DNA of 64,000 nt from Nymphaea colorata. Lineage: Eukaryota. A program made the translations under genes and the position numbers. Below, piece by piece: positions 11,763-22,841 of the stretch; within the stretch, counting starts at the first letter, position 1; the number at the start of each line of letters is the position of its first letter. The stretch spans positions 19,530,001 through 19,594,000 of the forward strand of contig NC_045138.2 of the NCBI RefSeq assembly GCF_008831285.2, written 5' to 3'. The notes under the pieces are model-generated. The model saw only the letters and a list, made by a program, of their open reading frames with translations. It was not told the origin of the DNA and did not search any database.

Positions 11763-14746
11763 GGCACCTACAGTGAGAGAGAGAGGGAAAGAAAGAGTTG
11801 AGGTGGGCAAACTCATCCCCGCTTCTCTTTTATAATGGGAGAGACTGAATGTGCTCATGTTGATGTTTGGACTTTTTTTGTCCCTTCTTTTTTCATTTTA
11901 TCTCACCCCTGTTCCTTATCTGTTTCTCCTCGCGGTCGTTGTCGCAGGGTCCCCATCGTTGCTTCCATGTCGTTTCCTTGCTTCGCCATTTCTCCCCAGC
12001 AGCGGAGATGGCATTGAATCCCTTTTCTTTTCCCTTGTCTATTGCATCTTCCCTACTGATCAGCCTTTCCTCCTAATCACAGAATTAACCACGTAACAAG
12101 ATTTTTAACAGTTTCACATTCGAGTGAGAGTTGCCCTTTTCGGTTTTGTGTTTTTCGGGTATTTGACGAATATGTTGGTCTCCAAATCCGCATTGACCAA
12201 CCATAGAGATCTTCCTGCACCCCTTCGTTGATCCCTCCTTCGTTAAATCAAGGGAAGGGAGGGTTGCAGGTGCAAGCAAGAGCTGCTCGCTTTTGATTTC
12301 TCTGCACCAATTATAAACTGAGATTTGATTAGAGAAGAAGATGGTAAAAAGACATGGTGACACACGGTTTTACTTGGTTCAGCTTTGCATCCTACGTCCA
12401 CAAGCAATAGAGACCAACATTTTCATTTTTGATATCTATTTTCATACAATCTGTCATGCCTTTATACATCAAGAGAATATTAAGGAAGAGAGGAAAGGGT
12501 GAAGCACTTTCATAAATAAATAAAATATACATTGATTGATGACTGTTGCTCAACTTTACGTGTGAGTTGTGGCCAGATCTGTCACTTGATCTTCTTGAGA
12601 ACGTTGCAATTCTAGCATTTGCAACAACCAAGACTCCTTTCCCCTCTTTCCCCTTCTATTTTTTTCTTACGCTGAGAACAGTCAGAGGGAAGGGGCAATT
12701 CCTTGGTCAACACATTCCCATGAAGAGTCGTCCTTATCATTCTTGCCTTCCACACTACCACTGTTTCTAATCGTGCAGTGGATGGTTTCTCTTTTAACCA
12801 TATATTTGATGTCTCATAAAAAAAAAAAAAAAGTAATGGAATACACATATATATTCATTCATATATAAAAATTCGTAAAACATTATGTTGAATCATAAAA
12901 AAAAAAAAGACAAAGAGAGATAATCAAGTATACTTTAACTTATATAACATATATATATATGTATATGTTTTCATAAAAGTTGAAATCAATAAATAACTTG
13001 AAAATATTCAACGTCTACTTTTTATATATGCCGAAGAAGAACTTGAGCTCATGCAAGAACCTAAGCTATGTCTCCAAGGTTTCATTAAAAAAGATTCTTG
13101 CTTTCAAAAATAATTTGAAAAACATGATTTCAGATATTTCTTTGGTTAGATAAATTCCAACCTCAAAAATCAATATAACCATAAAAAGATCTCAACCCAA
13201 ACATTCATTCTCCCTGTGCATTTGCTTATTAATTAAGAAATATTAATATATCATACATCAATCATTTGTCCTTTGAGATCATACATTAATCTTTTCATAA
13301 CTACTAACATCATCTCAAACATAGTTAATAAATAAAGCGATATAACAAGTATATTTTTGAAAATAAATGAAAAAATAAAATTTATTTCACCTTGCTCATA
13401 CTCTCGGTGCATTCAAAAGTAGCTCTCAACTATGGATAGGAAATTTTTAGAGCCTTCTTGCACGGCTAGGAGGGGTGGCAAAAGGAAATGAAAACAAGAG
13501 AAAGACTACATACCTTTAATATAGACGATTTTATGGATGAGTCTCCTTTTTCGGATGATTCTATGGTTGCCTTGGGTGAAGATAATAAAAATATCCCTCA
13601 AGAGATTTCATTGTACTCCCTTGAAGAGTTCAAACTTGGTAGAGAACCTTGCTCTTAAGGTTGGAGAAAAAAGAAAAAGAGAAGAATGGAGAAATTGAAA
13701 GAGAGAGGTATGAAAAACTTAAGATTTTAAGTGTGAAAGAACTAGGGGTTCTTCCAAGAGTTAGTTCATGTCCGAGAGAGAAGATTGTGGAGATATTTAT
13801 AAAAAATTTTGGAACCAAAACTTAAAATTTGATTTTTTTTAAAATTTAATAATGTTTTCATGCAAATTCCAAATATTTTTGAATGATTTTCAATATTTTT
13901 TAAAAAAAATAGGTTTTGACCAAGTGGGATTGGCCATTAGCATGCAAATACCCCTTTGGGTGTTGGCAGGGCTAACCCCCACCCAACAAAGCCAAAACAG
14001 GGAGGCGGTTTTAGCTAAAATTGAGGGCCTGAGCACACGGCGCTGTGATTGGTCGCATGCATGCATAGCACTGTCGCTGGTGCAGCGGCATGGTGCGTGT
14101 GGCAACGCGCCGCACAGCACGCTGTCGAGCGATTGTGTTCAAAACATAGAAAATAATAATAAAATAAAATAAGTAAATACATAAAAAAGAGAGGTCGTTT
14201 ATTTGTTACAATTAGGGGGATCCAACTCTGTTTTGAGTGATTCTGATCTCGTTTCAGATTCGGATTGGGTCTAATTGCTTGCCGACGCATTTTAGCGAGT
14301 GACTTAAACTTAAAAACACATCTTAGCAAAAAAATACAACAAAGGAATGCACACGCGGGACTCATAGCATTAAATTTTATTGTTTTGATCTCATCTTTGG
14401 ATTTCAAGTTTTGAAATGCTTGATTTGGATTTAGATTTGGGTTTTTAGATCTAAATCAAATCCAATAGTTGGATTTTGGATTTGAATCTAAGGTCTAAAG
14501 TTAGGTTTTAAATTTGAATTTTGTGTTTGCATGGATTTAGAGATTCATTTTGAATCGAATAGTTGTGAATTTGTTTTGGGTTTAAGATTGAACTTAGGGT
14601 CTAAAAATTTAAATACAAAAAACTAAAAATTTTGTTTGAGTGAAAATAAAATACAGTTTGAAGTGATAACAAAAGACATAGGATCCCAGTTTCGGAGCCC
14701 CTTGTTGGTAGCGAAGTTGTCCCCTAGCCTTCCATTGACCATCACC

Positions 14747-15030
14747 TCATAAGACATTTTGAACGAACCGCCAATAAACTCTATCATAGGCATTTGAAAG
14801 ATCTAGTTTGTGACAACTATCTTTTTTCTGCCAAAATTCCTTGGAGTTGAAGTTCTCATCCCAAAGGATATTGTCCTGAATCTGTCTACTTTTGAAAAAT
14901 GCTATTTGATTCCCTTGCACAATGCGCATAATAATGCCTCTCATTCTAAACACAAAAGTTTTAGTATCGCGCAAGGAAATGTGCCTATAATCCTCTACCT
15001 TAACTGCATTCAAAGTTTTGGCAATCAAAA
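14747..15030 (-). mobile_element. L1-type LINE reverse transcriptase fragment
   Basis: DYRHISL, QIAFFKSRQIQDNIL and KLDLSNAYDRVYWRFV match plant L1 RT motifs. Confidence 0.85.
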
Positions 15031-15033
15031 CAA

Positions 15034-15232
15034 ATCATAGTCGCAGCAAACACATAGAGATTGACCTTCATTTTATTCGAGAAAAATTGGCTAAAGGAGA
15101 TTTGAAAATTCAGTACATCTCTTCCAAAGATCAGGTTGCTGATATTTTAACTAAGCCACTTAGTAAGCAGCACCATTATCAAATAATTAACAAGCTCAAT
15201 CTCATTGTTGGAGCATTGAGCTTGCGGGGGGA
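15034..15232 (+). mobile_element. Extra Copia RNase H end + PPT directly upstream of the 5' LTR
   Basis: HSRSKHIEIDLHFIREK...DQVADILTKPL, near-identical to ~18111-18296, ending in PPT GCGGGGGGA. Confidence 0.9.
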
Positions 15233-15276
15233 TGTTAACAGAAACACCAAGAAGGCTCTCAATGTGTATTACTTGG

Positions 15277-15443
15277 GAGATGAAAAGTCATATCTCTTGA
15301 GAGATGAAAAGTCATGTCTGTTGGAAGATGAAAAGTCATGTCTCTTAGTAAATGAAAAGACATGTCTCTTGAGAGATGAAAAGTCATGTCTCTTGAGGGA
15401 TGAAAAGTCATGTATGTTGAAAGATGAAAAGTCATGTCTCTTG
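15277..15443 (+). repeat. Seven 24-bp tandem repeats in LTR U3 (also ~18341-18507)
   Basis: Unit ~AGATGAAAAGTCATGTCTCTTGAG, followed by TATATAAA (LTR promoter) at ~15473. Confidence 0.9.
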
Positions 15444-15795
15444 GGAACTACAGACCCCTTATGTAATTCCTCTATATAAATGAGCCTCTCCACCAAAGGA
15501 AGGCAAGCAAGAAATGATAGACTAGTGGACGTAGGCCTATTGGCTGAACCACTTTAAAAATTTTTGTCCCTTTAATTATTTCTTCATTTTGATTTCTTAC
15601 ATGGTATCAGAGCCACTGGTCCTTGTTAGTGTTGCTGCTAGATCCTAAGGATTACATCTTTTGTTGCCGCGTTTCATTCTCATGGCAAATCAAGAAGCAT
15701 CATCAAATACAGGAGTCAACTCTGATACGGGTATGAATTTTCTTGCTTCTCCTCTTCAGTGCCCAAGCAATTTACAGCATTTCATCACCATCAAG

Positions 15796-18283
15796 TGATG
15801 CGTTTTCAAGATATACTTGGATTTATTTGATGAAAAAAAAATCAGATGTCAGTCATGTTTTTAAAGCTTTCAAGGCACTTTCTGAAAATCTCACTGGGCA
15901 CAAGATAAAATATTTTCACTCAGATTGGGGAGGAGAATTTCAAGGGTTTCAATCATATCTTGTCGATAATGGGATTGGACATAGAATATCATGTCCTCAT
16001 ACCCCTGAACAAAATGGAGCAGCTGAAAGGAGACATAAACATATTGTTGAAACAAGTTTATCTCTAATGGCAGAAGGTAATATTCCTAAGAACTTTTGGT
16101 CATATGCTTTTTGTACTGCTGTATATTTGATTAACCGAATGCCAACCAAGATTCTTGATTTTGCTTCTCCTTTGGAAAAATTGTTCAAAGAGAAACCTGA
16201 CTATGGCTTCCTCAAAATCTTTGGATGTGAATGCTTTCCTTGTTTAAGAGCTTATCAGAAAAATAAATTAGATTACCGTTGTGAAAGATGTGTTTTCTTG
16301 GGTTATGCTCCTCAACATAAAGGATATTATTGTTTGGGTGTACGAACCCGTAAAATCTATATTTCGAGACATGTCCAATTTAATGAGAAAAAATTTCCTT
16401 TTATTGATACTCAAGAAACTAGAACTCAAGATCTAGAAACTCAAAACCAAGCTATAATTTTAACCTCCCCTCATGAATATCAGTTCTCAAACCCTACAAT
16501 ACCATCATCTAGTACCTCCACAACTTCAGAGGAACCCTTACTTCAGTCTGAAACAAATAGTGAATCTCAACCTGAAACTCTTGAAAATGAGCAGCCTACC
16601 CAATCCAATGAAAATGAACCAAATCAAGAACGAGTCCATCCTATGACTACTAGATCTCAAGTGGGAATCTTCAAACCTAATTTTAAATACAATGAGTTCC
16701 ATACATATTTTTCTAGCAAACACTCTCTTCCAAGAGCTCTTGTCTCCACTCTTCTTGAAGACAAAGAACCCTCAAGTTTTAAGGAAGCATATGAAGATGA
16801 AAATTGGAGGAAGGCCATGCAAGAAGAATATGATGCTCTTATTCGAAACAATACTTGGAAACTTGTTCCAAAGAAAGAAGCCAAACACATTGTAGGATGT
16901 AAATGGGTGTTCAAAATCAAGCGAAAGGCAGATGGATCATTGGAAAGATACAAGGCTAGACTCGTCGCCAAGGGATATAGTCAAAAAGAAGGAATTGACT
17001 ATACTGAAACCTTCAGCCCTGTTGTGAAGCCTACTACAATTCGAACAGTATTGACTATTTCTATTAGTCACAAATGGAAAATACATCAGCTGGATATTCA
17101 AAATGCATTCCTATATGGATCTATTTCAGAAGAAGTTTATATGGCTCAACCACTCGGATTTCAAAATCATTCTTTCCCAAATCATGTATGCAAGCTTGAA
17201 CGTGCTTTATATGGTTTAAAACAGGCTCCTAGGGCATGGTTTGCCCGTCTTAGTATATTCCTCCAAAATCTTGGTTTTAAAGGGGCTCAAACAGATTCAT
17301 CTCTTTTTATTTTGAGAAAAAGAGAAATACTTCTATATGTTTTGGTATACGTGGATGACATGATCATAACAGGAAGCTCACCAGAATATATTCATAAAAT
17401 TATTTGTCAATTCAAAAGTGAGTTCGCCATTAAAGATCTGGGTGAGCTTCATTTCTTTTTGGGCATAGAAGCAAAAAGAATTGACAATAAGCTAATATTG
17501 TCTCAAAGGAAGTACATATTCGAGCTTCTCAAAAGAACAAATATGCTTGGAGCTAAGGGAGTTTCAACTCCCATGGCATGCTCCCCTGCTTTATCTGCTC
17601 AAACTGGATCAAATTTTTATGATCCAACTCTTTATCGCAGCATTGTTGGCGCTCTTCAATACTCTACTGTGACTCGTCCAGACATCTCTTATGCTGTCAA
17701 CAAAGTTTGTCAATACATGCATCATCCTACTGATGCCAATTGGGATGCCGTAAAGAGAATCCTAAGATATTTGAAACACACTATTGATTATGGCCTTGTT
17801 ATTAGACCTAGTTCAGTTTTAAATATTAATGCTTACAGTGATGCAGATTGGGCAGGATGTCTTGATGATAGACGCTCTACAGGTGGATATGCAGTGTTTA
17901 TTGGATCCAATCTAGTTTCATGGAGTGCTAAAAAGCAGTCAGTTGTCTCTCGTTCTAGCACTGAGGCTGAATATCGATCCATTGCCAACACTACTGCTGA
18001 AATCATGTGGTTACAATTTTTATTAAAAGAACTTTGTGTTGATCAATCACAACCTCCCATATTATGGTGCGACAACATCGGCGCAGCCTATCTTGCAGCT
18101 CATCCTGTGTATCATAATCGCAGCAAACACATAGAGATTGACCTTCATTTTGTTCGAGAAAAATTGGCTAAAGGATATTTGAAAATTCAGTACATCTCTT
18201 CCAAAGATCAGGTTGCTGATATTTTAACTAAGCCACTTAGTAAGCAGCACCATTATCAAATAATTAACAAGTTGGAGCATTGA
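15796..18283 (+). CDS. Copia pol remnant (integrase core, RT, RNase H), no native start
   Basis: DAFSRYTW, SDWGGEF, PEQNGAAERRH (integrase); WVFKIK, YKARLVAKG, QLDIQNAFL, YVDD (RT); DADWAG, RSSTEAEY, KHIEID (RNase H). The gag start at 15682 ends in TGA at 15796. Confidence 0.9.
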
Positions 18284-18665
18284 GTTTGCGGGGGGATGTT
18301 AACAGAAACACCAAGAAGGCTCTCAATGTGTATTACTTGGGAGATGAAAAGTCATATCTCTTGAGAGATGAAAAGTCATGTCTGTTGGAAGATGAAAAGT
18401 CATGTCTCTTAGTAAATGAAAAGACATGTCTCTTGAGAGATGAAAAGTCATGTCTCTTGAGGGATGAAAAGTCATGTATGTTGAAAGATGAAAAGTCATG
18501 TCTCTTGGGAACTAGAGACCCCTTATGTAATTTCTCTATATAAATGAGCCTCTCCACCAAAGGAAGGCAAACAAGAAATGATAGACTAGTGGACGTAAGC
18601 CTATTGGCTGAACCACTTTAAAAATTTTTGTCCCTTTAATTATTTCTTCATTTTGATTTCTTACA

Positions 18666-19600
18666 ATGCATGCCTCACTTTTTCTAATGCAAGATCCTCC
18701 TATGTTGTAACAGAATCATCCTCCTTATGTCTATAAAACTTCAGAACAGGGGTCTCTGTCTCCTTGGGAGAATCATCTGATCTAACACTCTGCTTGGCAA
18801 AGTTACCCTTTGAAAACCTCAGAGGACTTTCTTTTTCTACAGCCTTAGACGATAAATTCAAGCTGAGACCAACAAAAGGATTATGCCTCGATGAGAAATT
18901 CGAGGTACCGGTTTGAAGCTGAGGGGAACAGCTAAGCAGATGCGAGCATACCCAAGCCTCTCCACTTGAGAGGTGCAGCTGTGGGCTCTAAAGCTCTAAC
19001 AAAGGATCCATCCAGGCCTAAAGCAATTGAACGAAAGCTGTAATCCGTCCAGAACACGGAGGGCAGCTGAATCCACATCGGCACCGATTATTCCTCATTT
19101 ATCTTCAACTCCATGCCTGACGACCACCTGCTCGCAATCAGAAAACGCCCTCCAATTGACCAGGTTCTTCGTCTCAGCACAGTGACCAGTTCCTCCTCAG
19201 ACGAAACCTTCACCAGAAATCTCCCGTTGCCAATAATAGAACATTTAAGTTTCAAAACCAACACCCACTGTCTTCTCGAGTCCTTTAAAACAAACTTATA
19301 GTCGAAGCCCACATTCTGTCGACCTCCATAAAAACTACCAATGGCAGAGAATTGAAATCTCTGTTCCATTTTACGGTGAGCTTCACTAGGGAAGTTAATA
19401 CTAACCTCATCTCCAGTTTTCTAAACAATGGCCTCAGGCCATGCGCCATCATCTGCCTCAGCGCTTCCAGTCACGACCTTTGCCCAGCTCAGTCTCCCTT
19501 TGGGAAAGGTCCCAGTAGAAGGCTGCAGACGATGATCATCCTTCACAGGCAAGGCAGACTCAACCCCCTCCATCTCAAACGAGGTCACTGAACCATCGTC
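18666..19600 (-). mobile_element. L1-type LINE ORF1 (DUF4283-like) remnant
   Basis: GRFLVKVSSEEELVTVLRRRTWSIGGRFLIASRWS resembles plant LINE ORF1; same strand as the RT fragment on the other side of the Copia element. Confidence 0.7.
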
Positions 19601-21772
19601 AGACCATGGTTCTTTTCTGCAACTAGGGAAAAATTACTGATAATTAAGATGTACATTTTTGTGAAATTTCAAAATAATTATGTTGGTGCAGTTCCAATTT
19701 ACGAAAGTATAAAGTTAAAAAAAAAATGTAGGCATTAATCTCAATATACAAAGTTGGTTCTATGCTCACATTGCTTGAAAAATGGGGCCTAAGAATGTTA
19801 CCGGATCATTCTATTATATATTTTTTTGAAGAGAAAATTATATATATATATACTCCATCTACCAAGTATCATAAATATCTCCCTACTATCATGTGCAATT
19901 ATGACTAATTAGACAATCGAAAGAAGTATCGGTAGAATACACTGCAGAAAATTTTTCTGGTTCACTCCCAATGATTGCGAGTGGTCAGGACTTTTTCTTT
20001 TCTTCTTTGTCTAGTAAAACAAATCTTTCTACGTCGAGAATTGGGAGCGATCGTGTTAGAATTTGATGTGCCCTTTATTCCAATGCAAACTGCCGACCAC
20101 ATGAGCCTGACCAAAAATAGTCGCTAGAAATCACAATATTGGAAGATGACAGAGGTACGACTATTCATCATATGTATTGGAAGATTTTATGTAGACCTGT
20201 TTTGGAAGGCGGAGTCCATCTATTAGATCGTGCCTAGCAGGCCTAGGAATCAAGATTTGCGCAAACATTTTTGGACCAAGATTGTTTCATTCTTTAGCGA
20301 TTTCATCGTGCCGAGCAGGGTTCTCCTTCGTTACCATGTGATTGCTTTGCTTCTGCTGCTAGAAGGGGCGTGCCGGTATCAGCTGCAAGAGCTGATGTTG
20401 CAGAGGAGGAAAAAAATGAGGGTTTTGAACTATGTATGCCCTTCCTCTTCTTTCATGCGTTCTCCTTGCGGGGACTCTTGACTGATAATCTGCTTATGAG
20501 AGATCGATCATTGCCTAGCTCTAAGAATATAGTCTGCTGAAATTTGTAATAAGTTTCTCTTATAATAATTCTCGCACTATAAAGTCTCAACTGCAACCGT
20601 GTCTCTATAACCACTTTAATTGCAAAACAAATTTTTGCTCAAGCAGACATGTAAAACACCAGCGTACTACGAGACAGAGAGAGATCTGAACGAGAGAGAG
20701 AGAGGACTGAGTATTAATTCGGATTAGAGCGGCACAAAAAAGAGGGGAAGGGTCTGTTCAAAGGGTCCGAGGAGGTCAGGGAAGAAGGTCAATCCCCGCT
20801 GCTTTGCCTGCCAGGAAGAAAAGGAACATGAGCGCTGTGTAGGCTACAGCCAAGGATGAGGTGAACGCGACGGCGTTTGCGGTGGCTTGAGGTAAGCGGT
20901 GGCCGAACAACAGAAGCGCCAGGCAGAGGAAGAAGGCGAGCTGGATCGGCACCATCAGCAGAAGGTAGGAAAGCAACGCCACCAAGACGGAGGAAGGATC
21001 TTGGTCGCCCGTCCCACAGAGCATGTCTAACACAGCAACACCAAGGACGAAGTCCACGAGAAGAAGCGATTCTGCTAATTCCTTCCACCCCATGGTTGCG
21101 TCCCGATTCGGCATGGAGATTTCGACTTTTTCCTTGTTGGGTAGGCAGAAGGCCTTCGCCGGTGAAGTTGGTTCTGCGACTGGAAGGGGATTCTCTCCTA
21201 CAACACCACAGCAACAGAGTTTAGTTAGAAGAAATAATGGAGAAAACAGACATGGAAGAAGTACCTGAATCTCAGGCAGAAGAATTGAGATGATAAAGAA
21301 TAGAATGTTCACCTTAACGGTCCGGCAAACGCCAATACAAAGAAGAAGAAGAAGAAGATGACGAAGCAGAGAGCGATGAAGTCTTGTGCAGGTTTTAAAG
21401 GCAGAGAAAGGGCCCCAGCAGAGGGGATCATGGACTTTTGAGCAGTGGGTAGTAATCTGCTCACTTATCCAAAAACACGCAAGATTTTGGTAGTAGGATA
21501 GGTTTGCCTAATTATATCAAGGGCAAAATTGGTATGTGCACATATTTGCTCAAATTTACATCTATTGGGAGAGCAGTGATGACAATGCTGACGTGGACAA
21601 TTAACATACTACCACATTTAACAAGCAAAGTAAATAAATAAATATTGGATTTTTTTAATTCAATTGGTTAGAAGACATCCAATGAATTGTCCAAGTTTGA
21701 ATTTAGCTGAATCGGATGTAAGTCAGCACAAAATTACTAATACATTTTTTCTGGTAAATGTACAAAAATAAT
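19445..21772. repeat. Segmental duplication copy 2 (identical to 1-2328)
   Basis: Constant 19,444-bp offset, identical ORF translations. Confidence 0.95.
20776..21093 (-). CDS. Small three-helix membrane protein, type A, second identical copy
   Basis: Identical to 1332-1649. Confidence 0.6.
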   Translation of the reverse strand: MGWKELAESLLLVDFVLGVAVLDMLCGTGDQDPSSVLVALLSYLLLMVPIQLAFFLCLALLLFGHRLPQATANAVAFTSSLAVAYTALMFLFFLAGKAAGIDLLP

Positions 21773-22809
21773 AAAAATATAATTGGAAATGAAAACAAAG
21801 ACATTACCATAAAGAACTGTTTTTCATCTTCCGAGTAAGTACGCAATATTGAACGCCTTTGCTTTCATTTCTAGAAACCTCCACATGGCATAGAACAAAA
21901 AAATCTAAGAAAAGACGTGCTTTAAAAAAAAACAATTTTAAGAAATTAAAAAATAAAAAAAAGGAATTTAGAAAACATAAACTTTTAAAATGTTTGGATA
22001 TTTTACTCAATTTAAAAAAATAAAGGAAATAATAAATATATTGAGATGGGGTACGTTTTCGGACTTGATAGCTAGAAATGTACGATGATCACAACGTCTT
22101 ATTAGTCTTCCAGAAGATAAAGAAAGTGGAAGCTGTCGAACCTTTTATTGCCACATGGATATAAATCCAAGACCCGGCCTGACTTTTCTCAACTTTCCAA
22201 TCTCTCCGGCGCAGATGTAGACTCAAGTTTCCAAAATTAGTGCACAGCTCTAACTCAAAGTCTCCGGCAAGATAGGGTTTAATATTTTAAAAAAAAAATT
22301 AACCTGACTAAGAGAAAACAGGAAAAAAAAAAAGTATTTAAAAAAACATACCGAGCCAACCCGACCAACAGCTTAGCACGGGCACGGTATGCCTGCATAT
22401 GATTGAAGATGGAAAAAATGTGTGAGTTCCACTCAGCATGAACTTAGTTTCTTTGTTTGACTTTGTTAACCAGTGAATCTCCACATCTTTTAATCGACTT
22501 TCTTGGTCGCTAAGCTGGAAAAGTTTGGTATGATTCATACCGATCTGTTAATTAATCGTCTAAAGACGCCAACGAGATCCGTATGGTCTGTTTCAAAACG
22601 ACATGTTATACATATACCACTTTTCTCAGTCCCTCTTGTCTTCATTTTTATCATTTCACTAAGAACATATGATATGATTGTATATAAGGATGTCGATAGA
22701 TTTGATGATCGGATATTCAACTGAACTGTTTAGTAAATTTAATACAGATATTACTTATCTTGTGTGTCAGGTGTTTGATTATTTATTGGGCCGACAGCCA
22801 ATATAGGTC

Positions 22810-22841
<32 letters not shown>

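Larger units (their letters stand above)
15233..18665 (+). mobile_element. Ty1/Copia LTR retrotransposon, internally deleted (non-autonomous)
   Basis: 369-bp LTRs 15233-15601 and 18297-18665 (TG..CA, 4 differences counted by eye), tRNA-Met PBS TGGTATCAGAGC at 15602, PPT before 18297, integrase-RT-RNase H ORF. Confidence 0.97.

Noticed and set aside
13000..14640. Possible degraded DNA transposon (also 26900-27780)
   Set aside because: No transposase motif, TIR or TSD could be established by eye.
15277..15443. Regular 24-bp repeats (and the 5842-6084 array) as a CRISPR-like array
   Set aside because: No unique spacers, inside a Copia LTR or plant promoter, no cas genes, eukaryotic context.
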